Assembly: GCA_903878115.1 (NCBI GenBank) | Contig: CAIRGO010000263.1 | Coordinates: forward strand, 28,991 to 92,990 | DNA from: Akkermansiaceae bacterium | GTDB taxonomy: Bacteria; Verrucomicrobiota; Verrucomicrobiia; Verrucomicrobiales; Akkermansiaceae | Length of the DNA stretch: 64,000 nucleotides | Direction: 5' to 3' | Shown here: positions 39,034-48,007 of the stretch, one piece after another | Layout: every line of letters begins with the position of its first letter | Numbering within the stretch: the stretch's first letter is position 1 | Notes under the pieces: generated by a model | Database searches by the model: none | What the model saw: the letters and a program-made list of their open reading frames with translations, nothing else | What the model was told of the DNA's origin: nothing | Made by a program: the position numbers and the translations under genes

Positions 39034-39876
39034 GTGAAGACCTTGATGCTACTAGTGGGATTATTATTGGTGAACGCGCATGCCGCTGAAGCACTGCGCG
39101 TGCTAACATTCAATCTGCGCTACATCAATCCCGGTGATCAAGGCGAAAAAACCTGGGTTGCGCGTCGTGATCATGTAGGGGAGGTGATCAAAAAGGACGC
39201 TGCGGATTTCATCGGAGTGCAAGAGGCATTTCGCTCAATGCTCGATGATGTCAAAACTCGTGTCCCTGGTTATGCAGAAATCGGCGTGGGGCGAGAAGAT
39301 GGCAAAGAAAAAGGCGAGTATTCGGCGATTTTATACAAATCGGACGCATGGGAATCGTTAGAGTCGGGAACATTTTGGTTGTCTGATACGCCAGATGTGG
39401 TCGCGTCGATTAGTTGGGGCAACAAGGTGATGCGCATTTGTACGTGGGGAAAATTTCGATCAAAAAAATCGGCTCGCGAACTGTTTGTGTTCAATACCCA
39501 TTTCGATCATGAGTCACAGCAGTGCAGGGAAAAAGGAGCAGCACTCATCATGAAAAAAATACAGGAAAAAGCTGGTGACTTACCCCTCGTATTGACGGGT
39601 GATTTTAATGCCGTTCCCGACAATCCTGCGGTGCGACTCATCATTGGTAGTCAACCGAAACTTTTCGATGTTTGGCTATCGATGAATGCCACTACGCCAC
39701 TCGATCAGAGTGGAACGATTAACGGTTTTAAAAGCACGATAAATGGTGCACGCATCGATTATATTTTCACCTCTGCCGCATTGATCGCCGATGAATCGGT
39801 GATTCTGCATGATCAGCGCGAAGGCAATTATCCATCAGATCATTTCCCTGTTAGGGCGACTTTGCATTTTCGCTAG
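39034..39876 (+). CDS. Secreted endonuclease/exonuclease/phosphatase (EEP) family protein
   Basis: Signal peptide. LRVLTFNLRY, GVQE, NTHFDH, GDFN and SDHFPV motifs are characteristic of the EEP fold. Confidence 0.8.
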   Translation: MKTLMLLVGLLLVNAHAAEALRVLTFNLRYINPGDQGEKTWVARRDHVGEVIKKDAADFIGVQEAFRSMLDDVKTRVPGYAEIGVGREDGKEKGEYSAILYKSDAWESLESGTFWLSDTPDVVASISWGNKVMRICTWGKFRSKKSARELFVFNTHFDHESQQCREKGAALIMKKIQEKAGDLPLVLTGDFNAVPDNPAVRLIIGSQPKLFDVWLSMNATTPLDQSGTINGFKSTINGARIDYIFTSAALIADESVILHDQREGNYPSDHFPVRATLHFR

Positions 39877-39952
39877 GGATTTTTTATGACACGATCTGCA
39901 TGGTGCGTATGATAAATCTAGTGTCTTGCAAACGTAGTACTTAACTCTTTCT

Positions 39953-42352
39953 ATGTTGCGTTATGTATTTATATTCGGTATCTTCATCACTTGTGCTTCT
40001 GCTCAAGTAAAAATTTCTGGCATCTATCCGCATTTGGCGATGTCCAATCGTGAAGGAGAATGTGGCACCGGCGCCGTGGTGCCGTGGTCTGATCGTTTAT
40101 GGGTGGTTACGTATGCTCCCCACATGCCAAAAGGTTCTACCGATAAACTATACGAAATCACACCAGATCTCAAACAAATCATTCGTCCTGAAAGTATCGG
40201 GGGTACGCCTGCCAATCGGATGATTCACGAAGAGTCGCAGCAATTATTCATCGGACCTTATGCGATCGACGCCAAGGGTGCGGTGCGGACGATTCCTTTC
40301 ACTACAATGTATGGCAGGCCTACCGGAAATGCGCGCAGTTTAACAGATCCAGCGGGGAAAATTCTTTACGCGACGATGGAAGAGGGGATTTATGAAGTAG
40401 ATGTGAAAAGCCTAGCGGTAAAAGAACTCTGGCAAGATGAGCAACTCAAAGGGGGCCGCAAAGCGGATCTCCCTGGCTATCATGGTAAAGGATTTTATTC
40501 ATCACAGGGCCGATACGTTTATGCAAATAATGGCGATCACGCCGCAGAAGCGCGGAGCAATCCAACGGTGCCGAGCGGTGTGCTTGCCGAATGGGATGGT
40601 AAAGCGGATCAATGGACAGTGGTGCGTCGCAATCAATTCACCGAAGTGACGGGCCCGGGCGGAATTCTCGGAAAATCTGATGCCCCTGATGCGCCGTTGT
40701 GGGCCATTGGCTGGGATCATCGCTCGCTGATTTGTATGTGTCTCCACAAAAATCAATGGACTGCCTATCGTTTGCCTAAAGGATCTCATTCGTATGACGG
40801 TGCTCACGGATGGAATACCGAGTGGCCGCGCATTCGCGACATTGGCGAAAAGGATTTTCTAATGACGATGCATGGAACATTTTGGCATTTCCCTAAAGAT
40901 TTCACACCTAACAATTCGGCGGGTATTTCTCCACGGTCGAATTATTTGAAAGTTGTGGGTGATTTTTGTGAATGGAATAAGCAAGTTGTATTGGGTTGTG
41001 ATGATACCGCAAAATCGGAATTTTTAAGTAAGCGAAAATTGAAAGGTAATGTTGCCGCGCCACGCTCGCAATCGAATCTGTGGTTCATCGATCACGCACA
41101 GCTTGATCAATTTGGCTCGCCCATCGGTCGTGGTGCGGTGTGGTTGAACGATGCCGTGAAAAAAAATCAACTGTCCGATCCGTATTTGTTTTCAGGATAT
41201 GACCACCGTGGGATGTTCGTATCGCATGATCAAAAAAGCACAGTGGAATTTTTGTTAGAGGTTGATCGCAAGGGTGATGGCACATGGACGACGTTGGAGA
41301 AAATTTCCGCAGAATCGGAAAAAGTCACTTTTCATGCATTCACCGCAGAACAGCAAGGTGCTTGGATTCGCGTGACCCCACAAGCGGATTGTGGAAAGCT
41401 AACGGTGACGTTTACTTATCGCAATCAACCGCGCCATCTGCAAGTTGCTAGCTCCTTGATCGCAGGAATTTCCACGGGCAAAGATCCTCTAGCAACTGGT
41501 GGATTGATTCGCGGGCTTGATGACGATGCGCTGACGCTCGGCATGGCTGCGATGACTGCGGATGGCAAAGACAGTGGTTATTACACCATGAGCGAAAACA
41601 TGAAACTGGTGCCAAACGCTGATGCGAAAATCTACGAAACGATCAAAAAAACTACTGCGATGCCAGAGCAGTCCTACCAGGTGGACGAGGCATCCGCATT
41701 GATTGTAGATGATAAAGGCAAACGCTGGCGTTTTCCAGTCAGCACAACAAGCGCGGCAAATGCTGCGTACGCCGGCAAAAGTCGCGTGGTGCGTGAGGTT
41801 GCCACCGAGCGTGATTTGTTAAATCTTGGTGGCACATTTTATGAGCTTCCTGCCGACAATGCCGGAGGCTTTGCAATGTGTCGCCCGATCGCCACGCACG
41901 ATTTGATGATCCACGATTTCTGCTCATGGCATGGATTGTTTCTGTGTTCTGGAATTGATGCAAAATCTGCTAGCAATGAGCACATTATTCGCTCCGATGA
42001 TGGCAAAGCGGCGCTCTGGGTGGGTGCTATTGATGATCTTTGGAAGTTTGGCAAACCGCGCGGTAAAGGTGGACCCTGGATGAAGACAACTGTGAAGGCC
42101 GGCGTGCCTTCCGATCCATATATTATGACAGCCTTTGATAAAAAAACGATCACGCTCGATGCTGATAAAGATACTATGATCCTAGTAGAAGTAGATATCA
42201 CTGGCTACGGCGATTGGGTCAATTACACCACGCTGGAGCTCAAGGCTGGCAAAACGCTCAGTCATACATTTTCGTCAGATTTTGCCGCTTATTGGGTTCG
42301 TGTTTCCAGCAAAAATGATTGCCAAGCAAGCGCGCAGTTGACGTATGAGTGA
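39953..42352 (+). CDS. Large secreted hypothetical protein (799 aa)
   Basis: Signal peptide and a long clean ORF. No domain recognised with confidence. Confidence 0.6.
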   Translation: MLRYVFIFGIFITCASAQVKISGIYPHLAMSNREGECGTGAVVPWSDRLWVVTYAPHMPKGSTDKLYEITPDLKQIIRPESIGGTPANRMIHEESQQLFIGPYAIDAKGAVRTIPFTTMYGRPTGNARSLTDPAGKILYATMEEGIYEVDVKSLAVKELWQDEQLKGGRKADLPGYHGKGFYSSQGRYVYANNGDHAAEARSNPTVPSGVLAEWDGKADQWTVVRRNQFTEVTGPGGILGKSDAPDAPLWAIGWDHRSLICMCLHKNQWTAYRLPKGSHSYDGAHGWNTEWPRIRDIGEKDFLMTMHGTFWHFPKDFTPNNSAGISPRSNYLKVVGDFCEWNKQVVLGCDDTAKSEFLSKRKLKGNVAAPRSQSNLWFIDHAQLDQFGSPIGRGAVWLNDAVKKNQLSDPYLFSGYDHRGMFVSHDQKSTVEFLLEVDRKGDGTWTTLEKISAESEKVTFHAFTAEQQGAWIRVTPQADCGKLTVTFTYRNQPRHLQVASSLIAGISTGKDPLATGGLIRGLDDDALTLGMAAMTADGKDSGYYTMSENMKLVPNADAKIYETIKKTTAMPEQSYQVDEASALIVDDKGKRWRFPVSTTSAANAAYAGKSRVVREVATERDLLNLGGTFYELPADNAGGFAMCRPIATHDLMIHDFCSWHGLFLCSGIDAKSASNEHIIRSDDGKAALWVGAIDDLWKFGKPRGKGGPWMKTTVKAGVPSDPYIMTAFDKKTITLDADKDTMILVEVDITGYGDWVNYTTLELKAGKTLSHTFSSDFAAYWVRVSSKNDCQASAQLTYE

Positions 42353-42465
42353 GCATTTAGCCGTTCTTTATTTCAAATCGACTTGGTCGGCCGAAGCCTA
42401 GACACCAATGGTTAGACTAGCTCAAAAATCCACTAATACTCACATATCCCCAGCTCACCACCCTC

Positions 42466-43110
42466 ATGAAAGATTCCACCAAAGTATGGCTTAGTTGCAG
42501 CCCGTTCTTGTTGGTAGGATTGGCGGTCCTTCTTTCGCCGCTGTTTCATGAGTTCATGGCCCGTAAGGAAGAAGCTGCGTTGCGAAGCGACCCTCTGACC
42601 ATGCAAATTGATGTACGGGCATCAACCGAGGCGGCTTCTCAGTATCGCGAGAAAGTAGGCGTCGATAGGTTGGTTTTTGAAATAGCGCTATTGCGGCTTG
42701 TGATGTCTGCCAAGGGGTTGAGTGAGGGGGGATCCGGCGGCTCTGCTCAGATTGCCACTAGATATGAGGGAGGGGGCAGTGGTTCCAGCAGTGCGAACGG
42801 GTACCATAGACGCTCTAACGAAGATTTCTCTTATGGAAGCCGACACGAGTTTAGTGGTCCCGGGTATAAGTATCGTTTCGATATTCAGCAGGGCTGCCTC
42901 TGCATGGGAGAGCGACGGATCTGCATCGTGGATACACCTAAGTTGGTGATCCTAGGCGCAGACGGAAGCATCGCATCGGTCACAGATCTAAACGTCGCTC
43001 ACCCACCACTCAATGGTTCTGCGTCAGATGTGGCCCCCGTAATCGCAATCGCTAAAAACTATGCCAAGGTGCCATCGGCGGAAATTTTGAAGGAACCGAT
43101 GGATAAATGA
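42466..43110 (+). CDS. Hypothetical N-terminally anchored protein with Gly/Ser-rich linker
   Basis: TM helix LSCSPFLLVGLAVLLSPLF and a GGSGGS / GGGSGSSS low-complexity stretch. Locally GC-richer than its neighbours. No family recognised. Confidence 0.45.
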   Translation: MKDSTKVWLSCSPFLLVGLAVLLSPLFHEFMARKEEAALRSDPLTMQIDVRASTEAASQYREKVGVDRLVFEIALLRLVMSAKGLSEGGSGGSAQIATRYEGGGSGSSSANGYHRRSNEDFSYGSRHEFSGPGYKYRFDIQQGCLCMGERRICIVDTPKLVILGADGSIASVTDLNVAHPPLNGSASDVAPVIAIAKNYAKVPSAEILKEPMDK

Positions 43111-43239
43111 CGGAAAACAACTCATCTGTGATTGGCAAGCACAAGAAAATTCCGGATGCAGTCCTCGAATAAATATAAATTATCGCAACTTTTCTCAATG
43201 GTGGTTGTTTCATCAAAGTCACAAGACAAACAAACGACT

Positions 43240-43530
43240 ATGAAACTAATTATTACACTATTGTCATCGATGCTATTCCTCGGATTTGCTCAAGCAGAAG
43301 AAGGAAAAAAAGGTAAAGCAAAACCTGAGAAGGCTGATGAAGCAAAGGCTGAAAAGAAAATTTCCAAAGAGGATTTTCTAAAGAAGGCCAAAGATGCTGA
43401 AAAAGGTGCGAAGCAATTTGCCAAAATGGACAAAAATTCCGATGGTTTTCTCACTGGTGACGAGCTCAAAAAGCCAGAGCACAAAAAAGATAAGCCAGCT
43501 AAGCCAGAAAAAGAAGCTCCTAAGCAATGA
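43240..43530 (+). CDS. Secreted Lys/Glu-rich protein with a single EF-hand
   Basis: Signal peptide MKLIITLLSSMLFLGFAQA. Canonical 12-residue EF loop DKNSDGFLTGDE. The start was trimmed from 43132 to the ATG at 43240. Confidence 0.6.
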   Translation: MKLIITLLSSMLFLGFAQAEEGKKGKAKPEKADEAKAEKKISKEDFLKKAKDAEKGAKQFAKMDKNSDGFLTGDELKKPEHKKDKPAKPEKEAPKQ

Positions 43531-43602
43531 TATTTCTGTCATAAAGCATTAACCGTGCATTTTTTTGTATAAAAAAGCACACTAGTAGCGTAAAATTCGG
43601 CG

Positions 43603-45420
43603 ATGAACCGTATCTTTACGCTACTTTTTTTTGTATCATTCGCCCATGCAGATGCTCCCTCTACGATTTTAGTGGAAGCTGAGCAATTTGCCAAAAAAGG
43701 GGGGTGGCTGGTGGATACTCAGTTTATTGAAACAGTGGGTTCGCCGTATCTCAATGCGCATGGTCTGGGCAAACCAGTCGCCGATGCCGAGACTACTGTG
43801 AAAATTCCTACTGCCGGCAATTATACCGTTTGGGTGCGCACCATTGATTGGTCTGAGCGCCTTAAACTCGCCGAAGGAGCAGGGCGTTTTTCTCTTTCCG
43901 TTAACGGCAAAGCGCTTGTTCAGGAATTGGGCAAAGGCGCGCCAACCTGGGGTTGGGAGAAAGTGGGAGCGACGACACTCCCTGCGGGCGATACTAAAGT
44001 CAGCCTGAAAGACATCACCGGATTCAATGCGCGGATCGATGCCATTTTATTTACCAGTGACCCGGCGATGACTCCACCCGCAGCTTGCGGTCTAGAGCAG
44101 CGCATTGCCTGGAAAATTCCGGGTGCTCCCAGTCCCATCGCTGCGGCAGGGGATTACGATCTTGTCGTCGTTGGTGGAGGCTATGGCGGCATGGGCTCCG
44201 CTCTTGCGGCAGCCCGGCTCGGCGTAAAAGTTGCCTTGATCCAAGATCGCATGGTTCTCGGCGGTAATGGCTCTTCTGAAGTTCGCGTGTGGGCCAAGGG
44301 AGATACTCCGCCGAGCGAATATGCACTGGCTGATATTGTGTTAGAGTTTGCTGATAAAGCCAAAACATCACCTGGTCCAGCCGAAGAATTTGGCGACGAC
44401 AAAAAAGAAAAATTGGTGCGCGCCGAAAAAAATATCACGTTGTTTTTTGGCCACCGTGCTTATGGCTTGGATATGGCAAAGGGTGAGATCGCGGCAATCA
44501 ATGTGTTAGAAATCGAAACGGGAGCATTGAAAAAAATTAGCGGCAAACTTTTCGTGGATTGCACGGGTCATGGCTTCATCGGTCAATGGGCAAAAGCTGA
44601 TCTGACGATGGTCGATAAAGGTCGTATGGGGATGAGCAATATGTGGGATTGGAAAAATCAACCCACGGCGACTTCCTTCCCTGCGCAACCGTGGATGCTG
44701 AATCTCACGGAAAAAGATTTCCCATATCCGCGTCGTGGTCTTGCCGAATGGTTCTGGGAGAGTGGCTTTGACCGTCATCCGATTGAAGAATTGGAGGTCA
44801 CTCGCGATTGGAATTTGGTGGCATCCTACAGTGCTTTCAGTGCCATGAAAAATCACGGTGCATTCGCAGATCGTGATCCACAAAAACATGCTAATGCAGA
44901 AATGACTTGGCTCGCCTACATCGGCGGCACTCGTGAAACACAACAATTGTTAGGTGATGTGATTCTCAGCGGAGAAGACATCGAAGGCAAAAAAGTCTTT
45001 GATGATGGTTGCGTATTGACGACGTGGTCGATTGACCTTCATGTGCCAGAGGAAAAATACGTTCAGGGAAATCCGCAGCATCCTTACATTTCGCGGGCCA
45101 TCCACCGTCATGCTGTGGACAAACGGGTGGGCTACCCGATTCCGTATCGCTGTTTCTATTCACGTAACGTGCCGAACCTTTTCATGGCTGGACGAAATAT
45201 CAGTGTGAATCGCGATGCTCTTGGCACCATTCGCGTGATGAAAACCATCGGCATGATGGGTGTCTGTGTTGGCCGCAGTGCGGCGCTTTGTCTGGTGCAT
45301 GATTGCACCCCGCGTGACATTTATGCGAAGCACCTTAATGAGGCTAAGCAACTTTGGAAACTCCCTGGTGCTCAACGTTACGGCACGCTGGATGACTTCG
45401 AAAAAACGCTCGCTAAGTGA
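43603..45420 (+). CDS. Secreted FAD-dependent oxidoreductase (FAD_oxidored-type) with N-terminal CBM-like beta-sandwich domain
   Basis: Signal peptide. The N-terminal ~150 aa resembles a carbohydrate-binding module (ILVEAEQF...GNYTVWVR...ARIDAILF). Rossmann motif DLVVVGGGYGGMGSALAAARLG, followed by LGGNGSSE. Confidence 0.8.
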   Translation: MNRIFTLLFFVSFAHADAPSTILVEAEQFAKKGGWLVDTQFIETVGSPYLNAHGLGKPVADAETTVKIPTAGNYTVWVRTIDWSERLKLAEGAGRFSLSVNGKALVQELGKGAPTWGWEKVGATTLPAGDTKVSLKDITGFNARIDAILFTSDPAMTPPAACGLEQRIAWKIPGAPSPIAAAGDYDLVVVGGGYGGMGSALAAARLGVKVALIQDRMVLGGNGSSEVRVWAKGDTPPSEYALADIVLEFADKAKTSPGPAEEFGDDKKEKLVRAEKNITLFFGHRAYGLDMAKGEIAAINVLEIETGALKKISGKLFVDCTGHGFIGQWAKADLTMVDKGRMGMSNMWDWKNQPTATSFPAQPWMLNLTEKDFPYPRRGLAEWFWESGFDRHPIEELEVTRDWNLVASYSAFSAMKNHGAFADRDPQKHANAEMTWLAYIGGTRETQQLLGDVILSGEDIEGKKVFDDGCVLTTWSIDLHVPEEKYVQGNPQHPYISRAIHRHAVDKRVGYPIPYRCFYSRNVPNLFMAGRNISVNRDALGTIRVMKTIGMMGVCVGRSAALCLVHDCTPRDIYAKHLNEAKQLWKLPGAQRYGTLDDFEKTLAK

Positions 45421-45426
45421 TTCATC

Positions 45427-47088
45427 ATGCGGGACCAGTCATCAAGTTCCGCGACTCCTTCTTGGGCGCGGCGATTTCGTCGTTGGGCGATGGGGCTGTT
45501 TCGTTTGTCGCTCATTGCGGCTGCCATGGGTTGTCTGTTCTTGATGCCGCTACGCGAGGAACTTGACACCGCTGGTTTTTTGCGCGAGGCGAAAAAGGAC
45601 TTTCCACAATCGGCCTCTTTGGGCGAGGCTGAGCAAGGGTTTTTTCCGGTGCTTGATGCTTCTGGCGAATTACTAGCTTGGGTCACCAGCACGAATCCGC
45701 AGGCGCAAAGCATTCAGGGCTATGCTGGGCCATCTGAATTGTTAGTTATCTTGGATGCGCAGCGGCGGGTAAAACGCGTGGACTATTGGCGCAGTGCCGA
45801 TACCGCTGGGCATGTGGAAAAAGTACGCCGTGATGAGGCATTCTGGATGCAGTGGAATGGACGTGAAGAATCATCGCTTAGTGCTCTGGGATCACCACAA
45901 CTAGTCAGTGGAGCGTCGCTCACTAGCGAAGCGATGGCGCGTGGATTGGCCGCTAGATTCGGTGCGCAAGGAATGGAAGAATTTTTCACCCATGAGCTCA
46001 CCCGTGAAGATGTGAAGCCTTGGTTCGCTGAAGCAACGAAAATTTTTCCAATGAAAAAAATCGGCTACTATGAAGTTAGTAGTAATGATAAAGTTCTCGG
46101 TATAATACTGCGAAGTTCGCGCATGAAAGTGGCAGCCCGTGGATTTAATGGTGCCTCAGATGTGCTGGTCGCGATTGATGCGAACGATCAGCAGGTTCTT
46201 GGTGTGGGGATGATCGGCAGTAGGGATAACGAGCCATACATCATTGATGTGAAAGAGGAATTAAAATACGCTGATGGCTTTGCAGGGAAAAAGATCGATG
46301 AAATTATTGTTCACGAAGACGGAGGTGATTTTTTGTTAGTGAGTGGCGCTAGTACCACGGCACATGCGGTGATTGGCACCGTGAAGGAAATGCTGCGACG
46401 TCATCGCGCGGCGGAGCGAATCAAATCATTTCCTTGGCAACTTCCGGTTAGTTTCGCATGGATGGCAGCGGGTTTGTATTTGGGATTCCGCGGCACGAAA
46501 AAATCACGAACGATTTTTGCGCTGGTTTCTGTGGCAGCTGGTTTGCTGTTTGGCTTGATGGTTGGTCAGGATCAATTGATCGGTTGGGCGCGCCACGGCG
46601 TCGATTGGCGACCCGCATTGCCTTTGCTTGCCTTAACGGCGGTGGCGCTGCTGGTGCCAGCGCTAACGGGTAAAAATATCTATTGCAGTCGTATTTGTCC
46701 ACATGGCTCCGCACAAACGCTCGCGGGTATGGTGATCAAAAAACGCTTCGTCTTACCTGCGAAAATCCATCGCGTGCTGGTTGCGATCCCATGGTTGACG
46801 CTGCTGAGTATCTGGGTGCTAGCACTCGCTGGTAGCGCTTTGCCTTTTGCCAATGCGGAGCCGTTTGAAGTCTGGAGCACAGGATTTATTTCGTTAGTTC
46901 CAGCGATTTTATTTACGATAAGTATAGTAATTGCCTTTTTTCTCCCGCAAGGCTATTGTCATTACGGTTGTGCCACAGGGGCGTTGTTGAAGTTTCTCAC
47001 TCATGCTCCTGGCCGTTGGACGTGGCGTGATACAGTCGCTACAGTGTTCGTTAGTGCGGCGGGAATTTTTTGCTTCATCATGCGATGA
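45427..47088 (+). CDS. NapH/NosR-like membrane redox protein with two periplasmic FMN-binding-type motifs and CX3CP motifs
   Basis: N-terminal TM helix. Two SGAS(L/T)T motifs (aa 161-166 and 306-311) resemble the ApbE flavinylation site. The C-terminal polytopic domain carries CSRICPHG and CHYGCATG. Confidence 0.75.
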   Translation: MRDQSSSSATPSWARRFRRWAMGLFRLSLIAAAMGCLFLMPLREELDTAGFLREAKKDFPQSASLGEAEQGFFPVLDASGELLAWVTSTNPQAQSIQGYAGPSELLVILDAQRRVKRVDYWRSADTAGHVEKVRRDEAFWMQWNGREESSLSALGSPQLVSGASLTSEAMARGLAARFGAQGMEEFFTHELTREDVKPWFAEATKIFPMKKIGYYEVSSNDKVLGIILRSSRMKVAARGFNGASDVLVAIDANDQQVLGVGMIGSRDNEPYIIDVKEELKYADGFAGKKIDEIIVHEDGGDFLLVSGASTTAHAVIGTVKEMLRRHRAAERIKSFPWQLPVSFAWMAAGLYLGFRGTKKSRTIFALVSVAAGLLFGLMVGQDQLIGWARHGVDWRPALPLLALTAVALLVPALTGKNIYCSRICPHGSAQTLAGMVIKKRFVLPAKIHRVLVAIPWLTLLSIWVLALAGSALPFANAEPFEVWSTGFISLVPAILFTISIVIAFFLPQGYCHYGCATGALLKFLTHAPGRWTWRDTVATVFVSAAGIFCFIMR

Positions 47089-47882
47089 TCAAGCGCGTTG
47101 CAATCATTGGGATTTTTGTTGTCGTTTTCGTGCTGCTACTTTGGCGGGCAATGCCGACGCAGGAGCGCTCACTGCATGGTCATGCGATGGGTTGCGAGTG
47201 GAGCCTTAAATGGCGTGGAACTGCTCCGAAGTCAACTGCTCTAGAACACGAAGTATCGCAAGTGCTGGAGCAGTGGGAACAAGTCATGAGCACGTGGCGG
47301 GCGGATTCTGATCTGAGCCGATTCAATCAAGGCGCACCGGCATCGCCTGAGTTGAAGCGGGTGATTGAGCTAGCAGAAAATATGAGCCAACAAAGTGCGG
47401 GTGCCTTTGATCCGTATTTGTTAGAAAAAGTTCACCAAGCAGGATTTGCTCCAGCAGGTAAGGGCTTAGACCTTTCTGGCATCGGTAAAGGCTTCGCCGT
47501 GGACCGTGTCGCAGAGCGTTTGCGTTCACTAGGAGTGAATGATTTTCTCTTCCAGCTGGCTGGAGAAACAATTGCCGGTGATGGTGCGTGGGATGTCGCT
47601 ATCGAGGCTCCTGATCCTGCAGTGCGTACCATCACCAAACGTGTGAAGTTACAAAATCAAGCGTTAGCGACCAGTGGAAATTACCGCCAATACCAGCGCA
47701 GCGATCAAGGCATTGTAAGTCATATCATTGATCCTAGAACGGGCAAATCAGTGATTCGTCCATTCAGCAGTGTCACCGTGATCGCTTCTGATTGCGCCCA
47801 CGCCGATGCCTGGTCCACAGCACTTTTTGTCTTAGGAAAAGAGCATCAAGAGCCAACGCTGCAAGTGATTTGGCAAGAGTGA
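47070..47882 (+). CDS. apbE: FAD:protein FMN transferase ApbE
   Basis: AMGCEWSL (MGT-type N-terminal motif), FDPY, LSGIGKGFAVD, ATSGNYRQY and HIIDPRTG motifs. It has a 19-nt overlap with the upstream gene. Confidence 0.85.
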   Translation: MLHHAMIKRVAIIGIFVVVFVLLLWRAMPTQERSLHGHAMGCEWSLKWRGTAPKSTALEHEVSQVLEQWEQVMSTWRADSDLSRFNQGAPASPELKRVIELAENMSQQSAGAFDPYLLEKVHQAGFAPAGKGLDLSGIGKGFAVDRVAERLRSLGVNDFLFQLAGETIAGDGAWDVAIEAPDPAVRTITKRVKLQNQALATSGNYRQYQRSDQGIVSHIIDPRTGKSVIRPFSSVTVIASDCAHADAWSTALFVLGKEHQEPTLQVIWQE

Positions 47883-47902
47883 TGCGCTGTGAGTATTGCG
47901 CG

Positions 47903-47980
47903 ATGGAGCGCGGGATTTATCCCGCATTTTCATTTGCTCTTTTCTAAGGCCGCTGATGCGGAATAAATTCCGCGCTCCAT
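47903..47980. repeat. Long imperfect inverted repeat (25-nt arms, 28-nt loop) between convergent genes; bidirectional terminator or REP-like element
   Basis: ATGGAGCGCGGGATTTATCCCGCAT (47903..47927) pairs with ATGCGGAATAAATTCCGCGCTCCAT (47956..47980). Only 2 positions are non-Watson-Crick, and both can pair as G:U in RNA. Confidence 0.7.
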
Positions 47981-48007
47981 GTTGCAACCAAGATCGCAGA
48001 AATTCTC

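Noticed and set aside
43554-43582. GTGCATTTTTTT...AAAAAAGCAC hairpin after the EF-hand gene, considered as a terminator
   Set aside because: The stem is almost entirely A:T with a bulge, so it is too weak to call confidently.
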